DNA of 64,000 nt from Myxococcota bacterium. GTDB lineage: Bacteria > Myxococcota_A > Polyangia > Nannocystales > Nannocystaceae. Under the pieces are notes generated by a model. The model was not told the DNA's origin and made no database searches. It saw only the letters and a list, made by a program, of their open reading frames with translations. This document shows positions 48,194 through 58,524 of this stretch, in pieces. Location of the stretch: contig JBCCWC010000004.1 of NCBI GenBank assembly GCA_039194325.1, positions 160,001 to 224,000 of the forward strand. Reading direction: 5' to 3'. Position 1 is the first letter of the stretch, and each line of letters opens with the position of its first letter. The position numbers and the translations under genes were made by a program.

Positions 48194-50062
48194 GTGGCTT
48201 CTCGCTCTCCGGTTCCTGCGGATGTCCTAGAAGGCTTCCCCGATCTGACGGGGTCGCTGCTCGAGGGCCGTTACCGTGTCGGAGAAGCCCTGGGCGTCGG
48301 AGGTATGGGGGCCGTATTCAAGGCCGAACACGTCCGGCTTCACCGCAAGGTCGCCCTCAAGGTGATGCGGCCGGTCTACATGCAGTATCGGCACCACGTG
48401 GCCCGCTTCCTCAAAGAGGCTCGGGCCGCGTCCCAGGTCAAGCATCCCAATGTGGTGGAGATCCTCGACGTGGGGCAAACCCCCAACGGCACCGTCTATA
48501 CGGTGATGGAGCTGCTCGAAGGGGAGGATCTGGCGACGTTGCTCCGTTGCGAGGGTCGCCTACCGTGGCCCCGAGCCTACGAGATCCTGCTCCAGGTGGT
48601 GGGGGCGGTCGAGGCCGCCCACGAGCAGGGCGTGATCCACCGCGACGTCAAGCCGGCCAACTGCATCTTGATCCGGGGCAAGAACGACACGCTCGTCGTC
48701 AAGATGGTCGACTTCGGCATCGCCAAGTTCCACGACACGCTGCTGTCGGACGACGATCCCCTGACCAAGACCGGCGAGGTGATCGGGACGCCGGCCTACA
48801 TGGCGCCCGAGCTGTCCTTGGGGCGACCCGCCAACGCTCGCACCGACATTTACTCGGTGGGGGTGCTCGCCTACCAAATGCTGACCGGAGAGCGGCCCTT
48901 CTCGGGTGCCACCGCGGTCCAGATGCACCTCAATCAGACGACACGGCCGCCGATCCCCCCGCGTCGGCTCGAACCGTCGATCCCCGAGGGCGTCCAGGCG
49001 TTGATCCTCGCGGCGCTGTCCGTCGATCCCGAGGATCGCCCCGCCTCCATGGCTCAGGTTGGCCAGAGCTTACGAGCCCTCGCGCCGCGGTCGCGACCGA
49101 CCTTGCCCATGACCGGCGAGTTCCCGCGTCCGCTGGTCCCCTCGGGCCCTCACTTCAAGTCCGTCGGTGCCTCTCGTGACATCACGATCACCGAGGATCC
49201 GCTAGCGCCGTACGACACCACGTTGCCGGGAACGTCGGCTGGCCCGCCTCCGTCTCCACCTCCGTCTCAATCCCCGCGCCCACTCCAGCCTCAGACGACC
49301 GCGCCCGCAGCACCCGAGCCCAGTCCCGTTCCCAGCGAAGAAGAGGACGACTGGGCCGACGTCGAGACTCGACTGGTCGACGCGGCTGATCCTCCAACGT
49401 ACAGCGAGGACGACAACTGGGACGACATCAAGACCCGGCTGGTCGAATCCGGGCCCCTGAAGATGGCCGAGCCCGTGCCCGACACGCTCGATCAGATAGA
49501 GACCGTGCCGCTCGACCCCGATGCCGTACGCGCGAGCATGAGGGGCGACACCCAGAGGGCCCCACCTCCGGCGAGGACCATGGGCACCGAGCCAGGGGCC
49601 TTTGTCGGTCACGTGCGTACGCTGGTCGCCGACCCCGAGCAGTCTCGCCTCCAGAGCATGTCGAGCGGCCCGAGAAGCGGCGCGGGGGCCTTTGTCGGTC
49701 GCGTGCGTACCTTGGTCGCCGATCCCGAGCAGTCCCGCCTTCAGAGCATGCAAGGCGGAGCGGCGGGGTCTTCGCCGGTGAACAAGATGACGCTCGTGAA
49801 GGGTTCCTCGGCACCGGTCCTCGAACCCATCGGCTCCGAGCCGAGTTCCTGGGCCTCCACCATGCGACGGCCGGCTACGCCCAAGTCGGCCGTGCCCGTC
49901 CCCCGGCGAGCATCCCCCTCGGGCATGGTCGGCGAGGCGGCGGTGCCCACCGCCTCGGGGAGCCCCTGGGCGGTGATGGTGCTGAGCGTCGTGCTCGCGG
50001 TCGCGGCAGCGGTGGGGATCTGGTGGTGGTGGCCGGAGATCAAGGCGTGGCTGGGGGGGTGA
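48194..50062 (+). CDS. Ser/Thr protein kinase with Pro-rich linker and C-terminal TM
   Basis: LGVGGMGAV, VALK, HRDVKPAN, DFG, GTPAYMAPE. Start is uncertain (48074-48194). Confidence 0.93.
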   Translation: MASRSPVPADVLEGFPDLTGSLLEGRYRVGEALGVGGMGAVFKAEHVRLHRKVALKVMRPVYMQYRHHVARFLKEARAASQVKHPNVVEILDVGQTPNGTVYTVMELLEGEDLATLLRCEGRLPWPRAYEILLQVVGAVEAAHEQGVIHRDVKPANCILIRGKNDTLVVKMVDFGIAKFHDTLLSDDDPLTKTGEVIGTPAYMAPELSLGRPANARTDIYSVGVLAYQMLTGERPFSGATAVQMHLNQTTRPPIPPRRLEPSIPEGVQALILAALSVDPEDRPASMAQVGQSLRALAPRSRPTLPMTGEFPRPLVPSGPHFKSVGASRDITITEDPLAPYDTTLPGTSAGPPPSPPPSQSPRPLQPQTTAPAAPEPSPVPSEEEDDWADVETRLVDAADPPTYSEDDNWDDIKTRLVESGPLKMAEPVPDTLDQIETVPLDPDAVRASMRGDTQRAPPPARTMGTEPGAFVGHVRTLVADPEQSRLQSMSSGPRSGAGAFVGRVRTLVADPEQSRLQSMQGGAAGSSPVNKMTLVKGSSAPVLEPIGSEPSSWASTMRRPATPKSAVPVPRRASPSGMVGEAAVPTASGSPWAVMVLSVVLAVAAAVGIWWWWPEIKAWLGG

Positions 50063-50066
50063 GCGT

Positions 50067-51311
50067 ATGCGGTTGCGCTCTATTTTGCTTGAGAAGATAG
50101 GTCCGTTCGACCAGGCCGAGCTGGAATTGCTCGATGGGAGCGACGGGGAGATCCCCGTTGCATTCATCACCGGGGAGAATGGGACGGGCAAGAGCATCGT
50201 GCTCGATGCGATCCGTGGGTTGTTCGGACCGCAGTACGCGACGCTCGAACGCCAGATCGTTCGAGGGAACGGTGGGTACCGACTCGAGGCCATGGCGACC
50301 GCTGACCGTGGCCCATTCCAAATGAGTCGTCTCAACGAGATTCCGCCCCACGTGCCCCAACCGGTATCCGATCAGGATCACAACCGAATCCGGCACCTAC
50401 CGCAGTTGCTGAAAGAACACCCTGAGCAATGCCCAAAATGGGTCGTAGATTTCTGGCGCCCGGGCCTCTCGACCGAGTCCTACGACATCAAAGGGCTGAC
50501 CAAGCCCGATCCCGCCGCGCTCCTGTCCAAGTCCCTCCAGGGCACGCTCCGCAATGCCGAGGTCACGGAGCTCATCTGCTTCTTTGACTACCTTCGCGAC
50601 AGCCGGTCGCAGAGCGAGCGCACGGCGGGCGACCTCCTCTATTCCCTGATCGCCAAGATCATCAAGGCTAGCGTCCTCGACGGTGCACTCGACCACGTCG
50701 AGCGCTCGTCGCTGACCCCCATCATCAAGCAAAGCGGACAACTCGTCCCGATCTCCAACCTCAGCGCGGGCAACGCCTACCTCATCCAGCGTCTGATCGG
50801 CTTGCTCGGGAAGATGTACGCGGTCCACCTGCTGCGACAGACCCCCGCCGACGAGCTTCACGAGCTCCCGGGCTTGCTGCTCATCGACGAGGCCGAGAGC
50901 CACCTCCACCCGCGCTGGCAAAAGCGGCTCGTTCACGACATTTTGAGTGTTTTTCCCAACCTGCAGATCATCGCGACCACCCACTCGCCCTTCATCCTCG
51001 CCTCGACCCCCGGGGCTCGGGTGTTCGGGTGCCGCTACGACCGAGAGGCTGGCTGCTGTGTCATCGAGCGACAGCACGAGAGCTTCGCCAACAAGCCCGT
51101 CGACGAGGTGGTGCTGTCCGCCGCCTTCGACGGCACCCAGCCTTTCGGGCCCGAGATCACCGACTTGCTTGAGCAACGCATCCGAGCTCTGGACGAGGGC
51201 GACGAACAGACCAGGATCCGGGTCGAGCGCGAGCTTCAGGACCGCAATCCCCAGTACTTCGGCTTCCTCGACATCGAAGAGCGCCTCCGTGCCCTCGGGA
51301 GCAGTGGATGA
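50067..51311 (+). CDS. ABC/AAA_21-type ATPase (PtuA-like)
   Basis: Walker A GENGTGKS, signature LSAG, Walker B LLIDEAESHLHPRWQ, H-loop ATTHSP. Confidence 0.88.
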   Translation: MRLRSILLEKIGPFDQAELELLDGSDGEIPVAFITGENGTGKSIVLDAIRGLFGPQYATLERQIVRGNGGYRLEAMATADRGPFQMSRLNEIPPHVPQPVSDQDHNRIRHLPQLLKEHPEQCPKWVVDFWRPGLSTESYDIKGLTKPDPAALLSKSLQGTLRNAEVTELICFFDYLRDSRSQSERTAGDLLYSLIAKIIKASVLDGALDHVERSSLTPIIKQSGQLVPISNLSAGNAYLIQRLIGLLGKMYAVHLLRQTPADELHELPGLLLIDEAESHLHPRWQKRLVHDILSVFPNLQIIATTHSPFILASTPGARVFGCRYDREAGCCVIERQHESFANKPVDEVVLSAAFDGTQPFGPEITDLLEQRIRALDEGDEQTRIRVERELQDRNPQYFGFLDIEERLRALGSSG

Positions 51312-51958
51312 TCCGAATCGAGCGAGAACGAGAGCCGGACATCCTTGTGAGCAAGAAGGACGAATGGCGGGAGAAATTTCTCGCCAGGCGAAAAAACAAG
51401 CCCACGGCCCGACCCGATTCCAGCAAATACGCTCACAAGGACATCAAGGCGGCGCTCCGGCGCATGAGCCACGGCAAGTGCTTTTACTGCGAGTACAAGC
51501 CCGACGACGGCGGTGAGGTCGATCATCACATCGAGGTGGCGGATGATCCCTCGCTAGCGTTCAGCTGGACCAACCTCTACCTGAGCTGCCACCAGTGCAA
51601 TCAGGCAAAGAAGAAGGCCGACGTCTCTATCCAAGAATGCGTCGATCCTTGTGCGTCCGACTCAAAGCCCGACCGCGAGCTCACTTTCGACGACGAGACC
51701 ATACGACCACGAGACAATTCGGCCCGGGGACGAGCCACGATCCGAAAGTATGGCCTCGACAGCTCGCTTTTGAACCTGCGGCGTAGCCGCGCTCTGAGAG
51801 AGCTGGAAAAGGCCCGTGCACGCATTCAGGACCGACGAATCGCCGACCAAGGACGACCGCTCACCGATGATGAGCGCGAGATCCTGCTCAGCTTCGTTCA
51901 ACCCGAGCGACCCTTCAGCGCGATGCTGAAGGTCGCCTTGCGCGGCCTCATTTCGTGA
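51308..51958 (+). CDS. HNH endonuclease (PtuB-like)
   Basis: KCFYCE..EVDHH..WTNLYLSCHQCNQAK; 4-bp overlap with the ATPase gene. Confidence 0.88.
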   Translation: MIRIEREREPDILVSKKDEWREKFLARRKNKPTARPDSSKYAHKDIKAALRRMSHGKCFYCEYKPDDGGEVDHHIEVADDPSLAFSWTNLYLSCHQCNQAKKKADVSIQECVDPCASDSKPDRELTFDDETIRPRDNSARGRATIRKYGLDSSLLNLRRSRALRELEKARARIQDRRIADQGRPLTDDEREILLSFVQPERPFSAMLKVALRGLIS

Positions 51959-51970
51959 GGCCGCCCCCGC

Positions 51971-54900
51971 TCAGACGTTGTCCCACGGATTCGACGCCGG
52001 CGTTGCCAGCAGGTCTTCCACGTCCTCCATGGTGAGCTTCTTGGCCCCGGACACGTCGCGACCCAGCGCTCCCTCGGCGATCTCGCGCTTGCGCCGGCCC
52101 AGCTCGACCATCTTCTGCTCGACCGTGTCCTCCACCACCAGGCGATACACCATCACCGGCTTGTCCTGCCCGATCCGGTGCGCGCGGTCGGTGGCCTGGT
52201 CCTCCACCGCGGGGTTCCACCACGGGTCGTAGTGGATCACGGTGTCGGCCTCGGTCAGCGTCAGGCCGCTGCCCCCCGCCTTGAGGCTGATGAGGAACAC
52301 GGGCGGACCGGCGGAGTGCTGGAACTTGGAGACCAGCTCCTCGCGGTTCTTGGTGCCGCCATGCAGCCACAGATAGTCGATGTCGAGCTCCTCCAAGATC
52401 GCGCCGAGCAGCTTCTGCATCTCGACGAACTGCGAGAACACCAGCACCTTGCGACCGGAGCCCACGCAATCGGTGATGAGCTCCTTGAAGGCCTCGATCT
52501 TCGCCGAGGGCGGCACAGGGGTGCCCTCGGGCAGGCCGAGCAGCCGCGGATCGCAGGAGACCTGCCGCAGGCGGGTGAGCGCGGCGAGGATCGTCATCTG
52601 CGAGCGCTCGATGCCCATCTCCTCGATCCGCCCGGTGATCTCGTTCTTGGCCGCCTTGAGGATCCGGTTGTACAGGCCCAGCTGGGTGCGCCCGAAGTGC
52701 ACGTAGAGGGTCTGCTCGGTCTTGGGCGGGAGCTCGGAGGCCACGTCCTCCTTCTTGCGCCGCATGATGAAGGGGCGCACCCGCACCTGAAGGCTGTCGA
52801 GCACCTTGCGGTCGCCGTCCTCGATCGGCTTGACGTAGTTCTTTTGGAACTCGGTGAGCTTGCCCAAGAAGCCCGGGGCCAGAAAATCGAAGATCGCCCA
52901 CAGGTCGAGCAAGTGGTTCTCCACCGGGGTACCCGACAGGGCCAGCCGGTGATCACACTTGAGCTTCTTGGCGCTGCGAGCGGTGCTGGTGGTCCAGTTC
53001 TTGATGTACTGGGCCTCGTCGAGCATCACGTAGCGAAAGCGGATCTTGACCAGATCGTCGATGTCACGGCGCAAGATCGCGTAGCTGGTGACGATGACGT
53101 CGGTCTTCTTGAGCAGGCGGCGGTTCTCGGCCCGGTCGGCCCCGTGCCAGATGAGCACCGACAGCGAGGGGGCCCACTTGCCGACCTCCTGCTTCCAGAC
53201 CGAGAGCACCGACGTGGGACAGACGATGAGCGAGGGGGCTTGCCCCTCCTCCTCCTTGGCCTTGGTCAGCAGCGCCAGGGCCTGCACGGTCTTACCCAGG
53301 CCCATGTCGTCGGCCAGGATCCCGGTCATGCGGTTTTGGTGCAGCTGCCACAGCCAGGCAAAGCCCGAGCGCTGGTACTCGCGCAGCTTGGCGGTGAGCG
53401 CCTTGGCCTTGCGAGGCGCCCGACCGGCCTTCTCGCCGGTCATGCTCTGCATGAGCTTCTTGACCTCCTTGGCGACCTTGGGGGTGGGCACCTCGGAGAG
53501 CAGCCGCGAGAGGTTGCCCAGCTCGAGGGTGGAGACCTCGGCGTGACCGTGCTTGTCGAACTGGATGTCACCGGAGGCCTCGGCCACCGGCTCGAGGATC
53601 TTGGGATCGAGCTTGACCACGCTGCCGTCGGCCAGGGTGATCCAGCGGCGCCCCTCGTGTAGCCAGCGCAGTAGATCGCGGAAGGAGATCAGATCCTTCT
53701 CGCCCTCGATGTCGACGACGGCTTCCACGTCGAGCACCGAGCCGTCGCCGCTGCTCACCGACACCCGAGGCACGGGCGACTTGCTGCGGATCTTGGGGAG
53801 CTTGGGGATCCGCTTCTCCCACAGCTCGGGCAGCAGCGGGATCCCGGCGATGAGAAACTCGATGGCCGCGTCGTCGCGCGCGGTGAAGGCGGACTCGGTG
53901 GGGTCCCAGGTCAGCCCGCGGTCTAGCAACACCTTGCGCGCAACCGACTCGGCGTCGAGATCGCGGTAGAAGGAGATCGGCTGGTCGCCCACGTCGACCA
54001 TGTAGCGCGGTGACTCGGGATCCTCGCCGCCCACGCTGAGGGTGACGTTGCCGTAGGCGGCGGCCAGCGTGACCTTGATGCGCCGGGCGTCGCCCTCGAT
54101 GGTGGCGATGATCTTCTCCACCGCTCGAGCGTCGCTGGCCAGCGCGAAGAGATCCTGCCGCGGCACCCCGACCGTTTGAAGGCGCTCGGAGAGGGTGTCC
54201 ATCTGCTGGGCCCCCATGCGGGCATCCATCACGATCCGCGGCTGGTTGGCCACCGCCTGGAGCACCCACGGCGGCGTGTCGAGCAGGGGGAACACCTCAC
54301 AGGTCTCGGGCGCGATGTACCAGGTGGGCGAGCCGGCGATGACCCGCCCCTCGTCGACCTCGAAGGTCCGCCCGCTGGCCTCGTGCTCGAGGAACCCGTG
54401 CAGCTCCACCGCCGCGTCCTTGCGGGTCTCGGCCTGTACCCGCATGACCAGCGGCTCCGAGGAGAACTTGAGCTTGCCCGTCCCTTTGAGGCTGACCTGC
54501 GAGTGGCGAGCAAAGTAGAGCAGGCCCGCCAGCGCGGGCTCGTCGAGCTCGTGCGCGCCGTCGTCGGTGCGGTCGAGCTCTTGATCGAGGAAGTGGTGGA
54601 TCAGCTTGTCCGCCGGCCCCAGCCCTTCGCGGCCCGCCTTGCGACGCCGGGCCGCCACCGCGGTGCCCGCCTGGAACACGGTCACGAACCACGAGCCACC
54701 TCGATGTACGATCTGGTAGCGCCGCTGGCTCGCGCCCGTGGCCTGCTCCACGTCCACGACCCACGGGTTTTGGGTGGTGGTGATCTCCGCCCCCTTCTCG
54801 TACTGCTCGCGCAGCGTCAGCCCCAGCGCGACCGCGTGGTGGCAGATCTTCTCCCAGCCGTCGGTGAACGTGGGACATGTGCACTGCGCCTCGAGCTTCT

Positions 54901-55102
54901 TGCCAACGAGCTTGAGCGACGTGTTGTGCGGAACCGGGTTCGAGCCCTTGACCTTGCCACTGACGCTGTCGCCTTCGAATACGAGATCGGAGACGGCACG
55001 GGCCTTGTACAATTCCTGCCCGGCCTTGAATGCCTTGGGGCTGGCCGTACGCACCAACACCTGTGGCTCCACCAAAGGGAGAAAGCTTTCGAGCTTCGAC
55101 AC
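51971..55102 (-). CDS. SWIM zinc finger - SNF2 family helicase
   Basis: CTC..CHH SWIM motif; LADDMGLGKT, DEAQ, SGTPVEN, FSQF, SLKAGGSGL, DRAHRIGQ. Confidence 0.95.
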   Translation of the reverse strand: MSKLESFLPLVEPQVLVRTASPKAFKAGQELYKARAVSDLVFEGDSVSGKVKGSNPVPHNTSLKLVGKKLEAQCTCPTFTDGWEKICHHAVALGLTLREQYEKGAEITTTQNPWVVDVEQATGASQRRYQIVHRGGSWFVTVFQAGTAVAARRRKAGREGLGPADKLIHHFLDQELDRTDDGAHELDEPALAGLLYFARHSQVSLKGTGKLKFSSEPLVMRVQAETRKDAAVELHGFLEHEASGRTFEVDEGRVIAGSPTWYIAPETCEVFPLLDTPPWVLQAVANQPRIVMDARMGAQQMDTLSERLQTVGVPRQDLFALASDARAVEKIIATIEGDARRIKVTLAAAYGNVTLSVGGEDPESPRYMVDVGDQPISFYRDLDAESVARKVLLDRGLTWDPTESAFTARDDAAIEFLIAGIPLLPELWEKRIPKLPKIRSKSPVPRVSVSSGDGSVLDVEAVVDIEGEKDLISFRDLLRWLHEGRRWITLADGSVVKLDPKILEPVAEASGDIQFDKHGHAEVSTLELGNLSRLLSEVPTPKVAKEVKKLMQSMTGEKAGRAPRKAKALTAKLREYQRSGFAWLWQLHQNRMTGILADDMGLGKTVQALALLTKAKEEEGQAPSLIVCPTSVLSVWKQEVGKWAPSLSVLIWHGADRAENRRLLKKTDVIVTSYAILRRDIDDLVKIRFRYVMLDEAQYIKNWTTSTARSAKKLKCDHRLALSGTPVENHLLDLWAIFDFLAPGFLGKLTEFQKNYVKPIEDGDRKVLDSLQVRVRPFIMRRKKEDVASELPPKTEQTLYVHFGRTQLGLYNRILKAAKNEITGRIEEMGIERSQMTILAALTRLRQVSCDPRLLGLPEGTPVPPSAKIEAFKELITDCVGSGRKVLVFSQFVEMQKLLGAILEELDIDYLWLHGGTKNREELVSKFQHSAGPPVFLISLKAGGSGLTLTEADTVIHYDPWWNPAVEDQATDRAHRIGQDKPVMVYRLVVEDTVEQKMVELGRRKREIAEGALGRDVSGAKKLTMEDVEDLLATPASNPWDNV

Positions 55103-55400
55103 TGTCGATTGTTGTCCTGATCGATGAGAATCCGAGCCGTCTTCACGACGGTCGCTGCGAATACGGGAGCCGCCCCGTGGACGACGCGGGCTCGCCTGCT
55201 TGCAATTGGGTCCCTCCTTCGGTCACATCCATGGACCGCCGTCGGGGCTGCCAGCAAGGCCTGGCGTCCAGTGAATCTCGCCCATGGGTCATCAAGACCA
55301 CTCGCGAGATCCGCGCAACGCGACGGGGGATAGCACGCCCGTGCATGAGGGTCTAGCCTTCCGATGACCCCTTGGCACCAACAGGCCGGAAGACCGTCTC

Positions 55401-56534
55401 GTGACGCGAAATCGCGCTAGATTGACGCATGTCGACGGGCTCAACCCCGCCGACCCCGGGATCGGGTTGATCTCGCGAGCAGTGGCCGGTGTGTCATCGC
55501 GTGAGATTTTGCTCGTTTGCTCCGGAGACGTACCGGGGGTGGGGGCCGAGGCAACCCGACTGATCCTCGACGTACGAGAACGAGAGGACACCGTGGCACG
55601 AGCCGTGTCGGTGACCGAGAGCCCGGGCGAGAACTTCGGCCACGCCATCGTGTGGCCGCGATCCCACCTTGGCAAGGACTTCACGATCTGGTGCCTGGCC
55701 ACGGGGGCGCTGGCGCTACGAGAGGGAGGAACCCTGTGGTGCGCGGTCCGAAAGGCCAAGGGCGCCCAGAGCCTGACCGACGAGATCGGCCAGATGATGG
55801 GTGAAGTGGATGTGATCGGTCGTAGCAAGGGATACCGGCTGCTGCGAGCGCGACGAGGACTACGCTTCGATCAGGCCCGAGCCCGGGCCCACGTCGACGC
55901 ACACTACGTGATCGACGACGAGGCGCTGCTCGAGATTTCGCTGTGGTCGGCGCCCGGGGTGTTCTCGCGCAAAGAACTGGATGCGGGGACCCGAATGTTG
56001 ATCGAGCATGCCAATCGGTTGACGTGGGCGCCGAGCGTCGTAGTGGATCTGGGGTGTGGAGTAGGGCCGCTGAGCCTGTGGGCCGCCCGACGGTGGTCAC
56101 ACGGGCGGGTGCTGGGCGTGGATAGCAATCTGCGAGCGGTGGCGCTGGCGCGGAAGAATGCCCAGCGCTACGGGTTGAACGAGCGAGTCACTATTATGGT
56201 TGGTGACGGGATGCCCCCGCGATCGAATCCAGCGGTCGCCCACCTGGCGGGACATGTGGAGTTGGCGCTGGTCAATCCACCAACCCACGCGGATCCGCAC
56301 ACGCTAGGGCGATTGATTCGAGAGCTACGGGAGTGGATGGCGCCGACAAAGCGCTCGGTGGTGTTGATGGTCGTGAGCCGGGCAGGAAGAATGATGGAAT
56401 TGCTCACGCGCGCGGGAGCAGAGATCCAGACGTATGTTCATCCGCACTATACGATATTGGAAGCGCGTTGGAAAGAGCCCGAGCGCTCCATGCCCCTCGA
56501 TTCACTGTCGAGTTCGACCGATTCGCCCGTCTAG
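55401..56534 (+). CDS. RsmC/RlmG-like class I SAM methyltransferase (MTS family)
   Basis: PGVFSRKELDAGT, DLGCGVG, NPPTH. Confidence 0.8.
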   Translation: MTRNRARLTHVDGLNPADPGIGLISRAVAGVSSREILLVCSGDVPGVGAEATRLILDVREREDTVARAVSVTESPGENFGHAIVWPRSHLGKDFTIWCLATGALALREGGTLWCAVRKAKGAQSLTDEIGQMMGEVDVIGRSKGYRLLRARRGLRFDQARARAHVDAHYVIDDEALLEISLWSAPGVFSRKELDAGTRMLIEHANRLTWAPSVVVDLGCGVGPLSLWAARRWSHGRVLGVDSNLRAVALARKNAQRYGLNERVTIMVGDGMPPRSNPAVAHLAGHVELALVNPPTHADPHTLGRLIRELREWMAPTKRSVVLMVVSRAGRMMELLTRAGAEIQTYVHPHYTILEARWKEPERSMPLDSLSSSTDSPV

Positions 56535-56677
56535 GTCGCCCCGTGAGCCCTTCATGAGGTGGAGCCCCGCGGTGAAGCGGCAAGGCGGTGAAACGGTGCA
56601 ACGGTGACGCAAGGGCAAACGCCGAGCGAGGCGGCTTTGGGCTCGACACACCACGAGTACGAGTGTGCCACTGGCCT

Positions 56678-56729
56678 GCTGGACTGGCGCGCTGGACTGG
56701 CGCGCTGGACTGGCGCGCTGGACTGGCCC
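56678..56729. repeat. 13-bp tandem repeat (GCTGGACTGGCGC)x4 between convergent genes
   Basis: Directly visible; the last copy has one mismatch. Confidence 0.9.
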
Positions 56730-56797
56730 GCTGGGAGTCGGTTACCCCACAACGACCGGTGCTCCACCTGGCACCATGAGGCAAAGTCCACGAGCGG

Positions 56798-58327
56798 CTA
56801 GCCGGTCGCGATGCCCAACTTCTTCATCTTGCTGCGCAGCGTATTGGGATGAAGGCCCAGGAGTACCGCCGCTCCACCGGGACCGCTCACCTTGCCTCCG
56901 CTCCGACGTAGCGCGCCCTCGATCGCCTGCGTGATGGTCTGCTCCAGGGTCATGGGGGCCAAAACGGTCGCGGAATCGACCCGACGGAGCTCGACCCCCC
57001 CCAAGCCGGGCAGCAGAGGGTCGAGGACCAGATGCTCGCCGTTACCCAGGATAAGAGCCCTCTCGATCAAGTTCGAGAACTCCCGGATGTTGCCCGGCCA
57101 CGCATGGCGCGTGAGCCGATCGAGCGCATCGAGCGGGAGCCGCGGCGAGCTCCCGAAGCCGAGGCGTCGAGCATGCCGCTCTACGAAGTGCTGGAGCAAC
57201 AGCGGGATGTCCTGCGGGCGCTCACGCAACGCGGGGATCCGAATGGGGAACACGCTCAGCCGAAACCACAGATCCCGTCGAAACGAGCCGTCTTCCACCA
57301 TCTGCTCGAGGTCACGGTGGGTGGCCGCGATCACCCGTATGTCGACCTGGGTGCGAGCCTCGGCTCCAACTCGCTCGATCTCGTGGGTCTGGAGTACGTC
57401 GAGTAGCCGCGCCTGTGCCGGCAAGGAGAGCTCGCCAACCTCGTCGAGGAAGATCGTGCCGTGGGCCGCGCGTTCGAAATAGCCCTGGTGGGCACGGACC
57501 GCCCCCGTGAACGCCCCTCGCTCGTGACCGAATAACTCGCTGTCCATCAGTCCATCGGGCATGGCGCCGCAGCCGACCTTGACGAAGGGGGCACCGTGTC
57601 GCGCCGACAGATCGTGAATGGTCCGCGCAACGACGTCCTTGCCCACCCCCGTCTCGCCGAGCAAGAGCACGGGCGTGGTCAGGGACGCCACCTGATGCAC
57701 CATCCGCATCACCCCGCTCAGGCCCGAGTCACGACCGACGAGCTCCCCGTCTCGTAGCTGCGACAGGCGCCGCCGCAACACCCGGTTGTCCTCGGCCAGC
57801 GCGCGCTGCAGCTCGACGTTTGCCCGGTGCGACAGAGCATTGGCGACCGCCAGCGAGAATGGAGCATGCAGCGACGCCAGCAGCTCACGATGCTCCGGAG
57901 CGAGCGTCTGCCCCAGCACAGGAAACCAGCCCAGCATCGCGAGCTTGTGCCCCTCGACCTCCAGCAGCATCGTCCACCCCGAGCCCCGCGCCTCCCCCAA
58001 GAATGACTCGATCATCGCCCCCACCGGGGTGCGCGAGCCCTCCTGGACCAAAGGAGTGCGCAGGGCCGGGCTGCCGACCAGGTCCTCGATGATTCCCCGG
58101 AGCTCAGGGGGCAACGACAGCCGCTCGTCGAGCGATGTCGCCCGCTCCCGGGTCGCATCCACCAAGAAGCGAGCCGCCCCGTGCTCCGGCTCGTACAGGG
58201 CCAACAACATGCGACGAACGGGAAGCACCGTCCCCATCCATGCAATGCAGCGATGCATCGCCGTCGTCAGATCGAGGCTGCTGCTGATACGCAGGGTCAT
58301 TTCTCGAAAGAAGTCGTTGCGATCCAT
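56798..58327 (-). CDS. sigma54-dependent enhancer-binding activator (GAF-like - AAA+ - Fis HTH)
   Basis: GETGVGK, SELFGHERGAFTGA, FLDEVGE, WPGNIRE, GAAVLLGLHPNTLRSKMKKLGI. Confidence 0.95.
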   Translation of the reverse strand: MDRNDFFREMTLRISSSLDLTTAMHRCIAWMGTVLPVRRMLLALYEPEHGAARFLVDATRERATSLDERLSLPPELRGIIEDLVGSPALRTPLVQEGSRTPVGAMIESFLGEARGSGWTMLLEVEGHKLAMLGWFPVLGQTLAPEHRELLASLHAPFSLAVANALSHRANVELQRALAEDNRVLRRRLSQLRDGELVGRDSGLSGVMRMVHQVASLTTPVLLLGETGVGKDVVARTIHDLSARHGAPFVKVGCGAMPDGLMDSELFGHERGAFTGAVRAHQGYFERAAHGTIFLDEVGELSLPAQARLLDVLQTHEIERVGAEARTQVDIRVIAATHRDLEQMVEDGSFRRDLWFRLSVFPIRIPALRERPQDIPLLLQHFVERHARRLGFGSSPRLPLDALDRLTRHAWPGNIREFSNLIERALILGNGEHLVLDPLLPGLGGVELRRVDSATVLAPMTLEQTITQAIEGALRRSGGKVSGPGGAAVLLGLHPNTLRSKMKKLGIATG

Positions 58328-58349
58328 CAGTGTTGGACCTTCGAGAACT

Positions 58350-58436
58350 CACGAAATGTCGTAGACTCGCACCTCGATCTGTGCGCTGAACGGAATACGA
58401 TCACGAAATAACGTATACAATGTACGATATCTCGTA
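58350..58436. promoter_or_regulatory. three candidate activator-binding sites YACGA-N4-WCGTA
   Basis: CACGAAATGTCGTA (58350-63), CACGAAATAACGTA (58402-15), TACGATATCTCGTA (58423-36). Confidence 0.65.
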
Positions 58437-58487
58437 AAGCCTTGCGCTCGAGTCATACATCCATTCGTAATCATTGACTACCATCCC

Positions 58488-58503
58488 TGGCATGGCTCCT
58501 GCT
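58488..58503 (+). promoter_or_regulatory. sigma54 -24/-12 promoter
   Basis: TGGCATGGCTCCTGCT has GG-N10-GC spacing and matches TGGCACG-N4-TTGCW. It ends about 20 nt before ATG 58525. Confidence 0.75.
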
Positions 58504-58524
58504 TAGCAATTTGAGCAGGAACCC

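Noticed and set aside
50067..51958. Retron (Ec78/Ec83-type) system
   Set aside because: No reverse transcriptase (no YADD-type ORF) and no room for an msr-msd RNA next to the ATPase/HNH pair.
51971..55102. SNF2 helicase as part of the defence module
   Set aside because: It converges on the ATPase/HNH pair and has the common stand-alone SWIM-SNF2 architecture. No methylase or DISARM/BREX partners are adjacent.
55401..56534. Methyltransferase as a DNA MTase of a restriction system
   Set aside because: The PGVFS..LD.GT and DLGCG/NPP motif order is the RsmC/MTS rRNA-type pattern.
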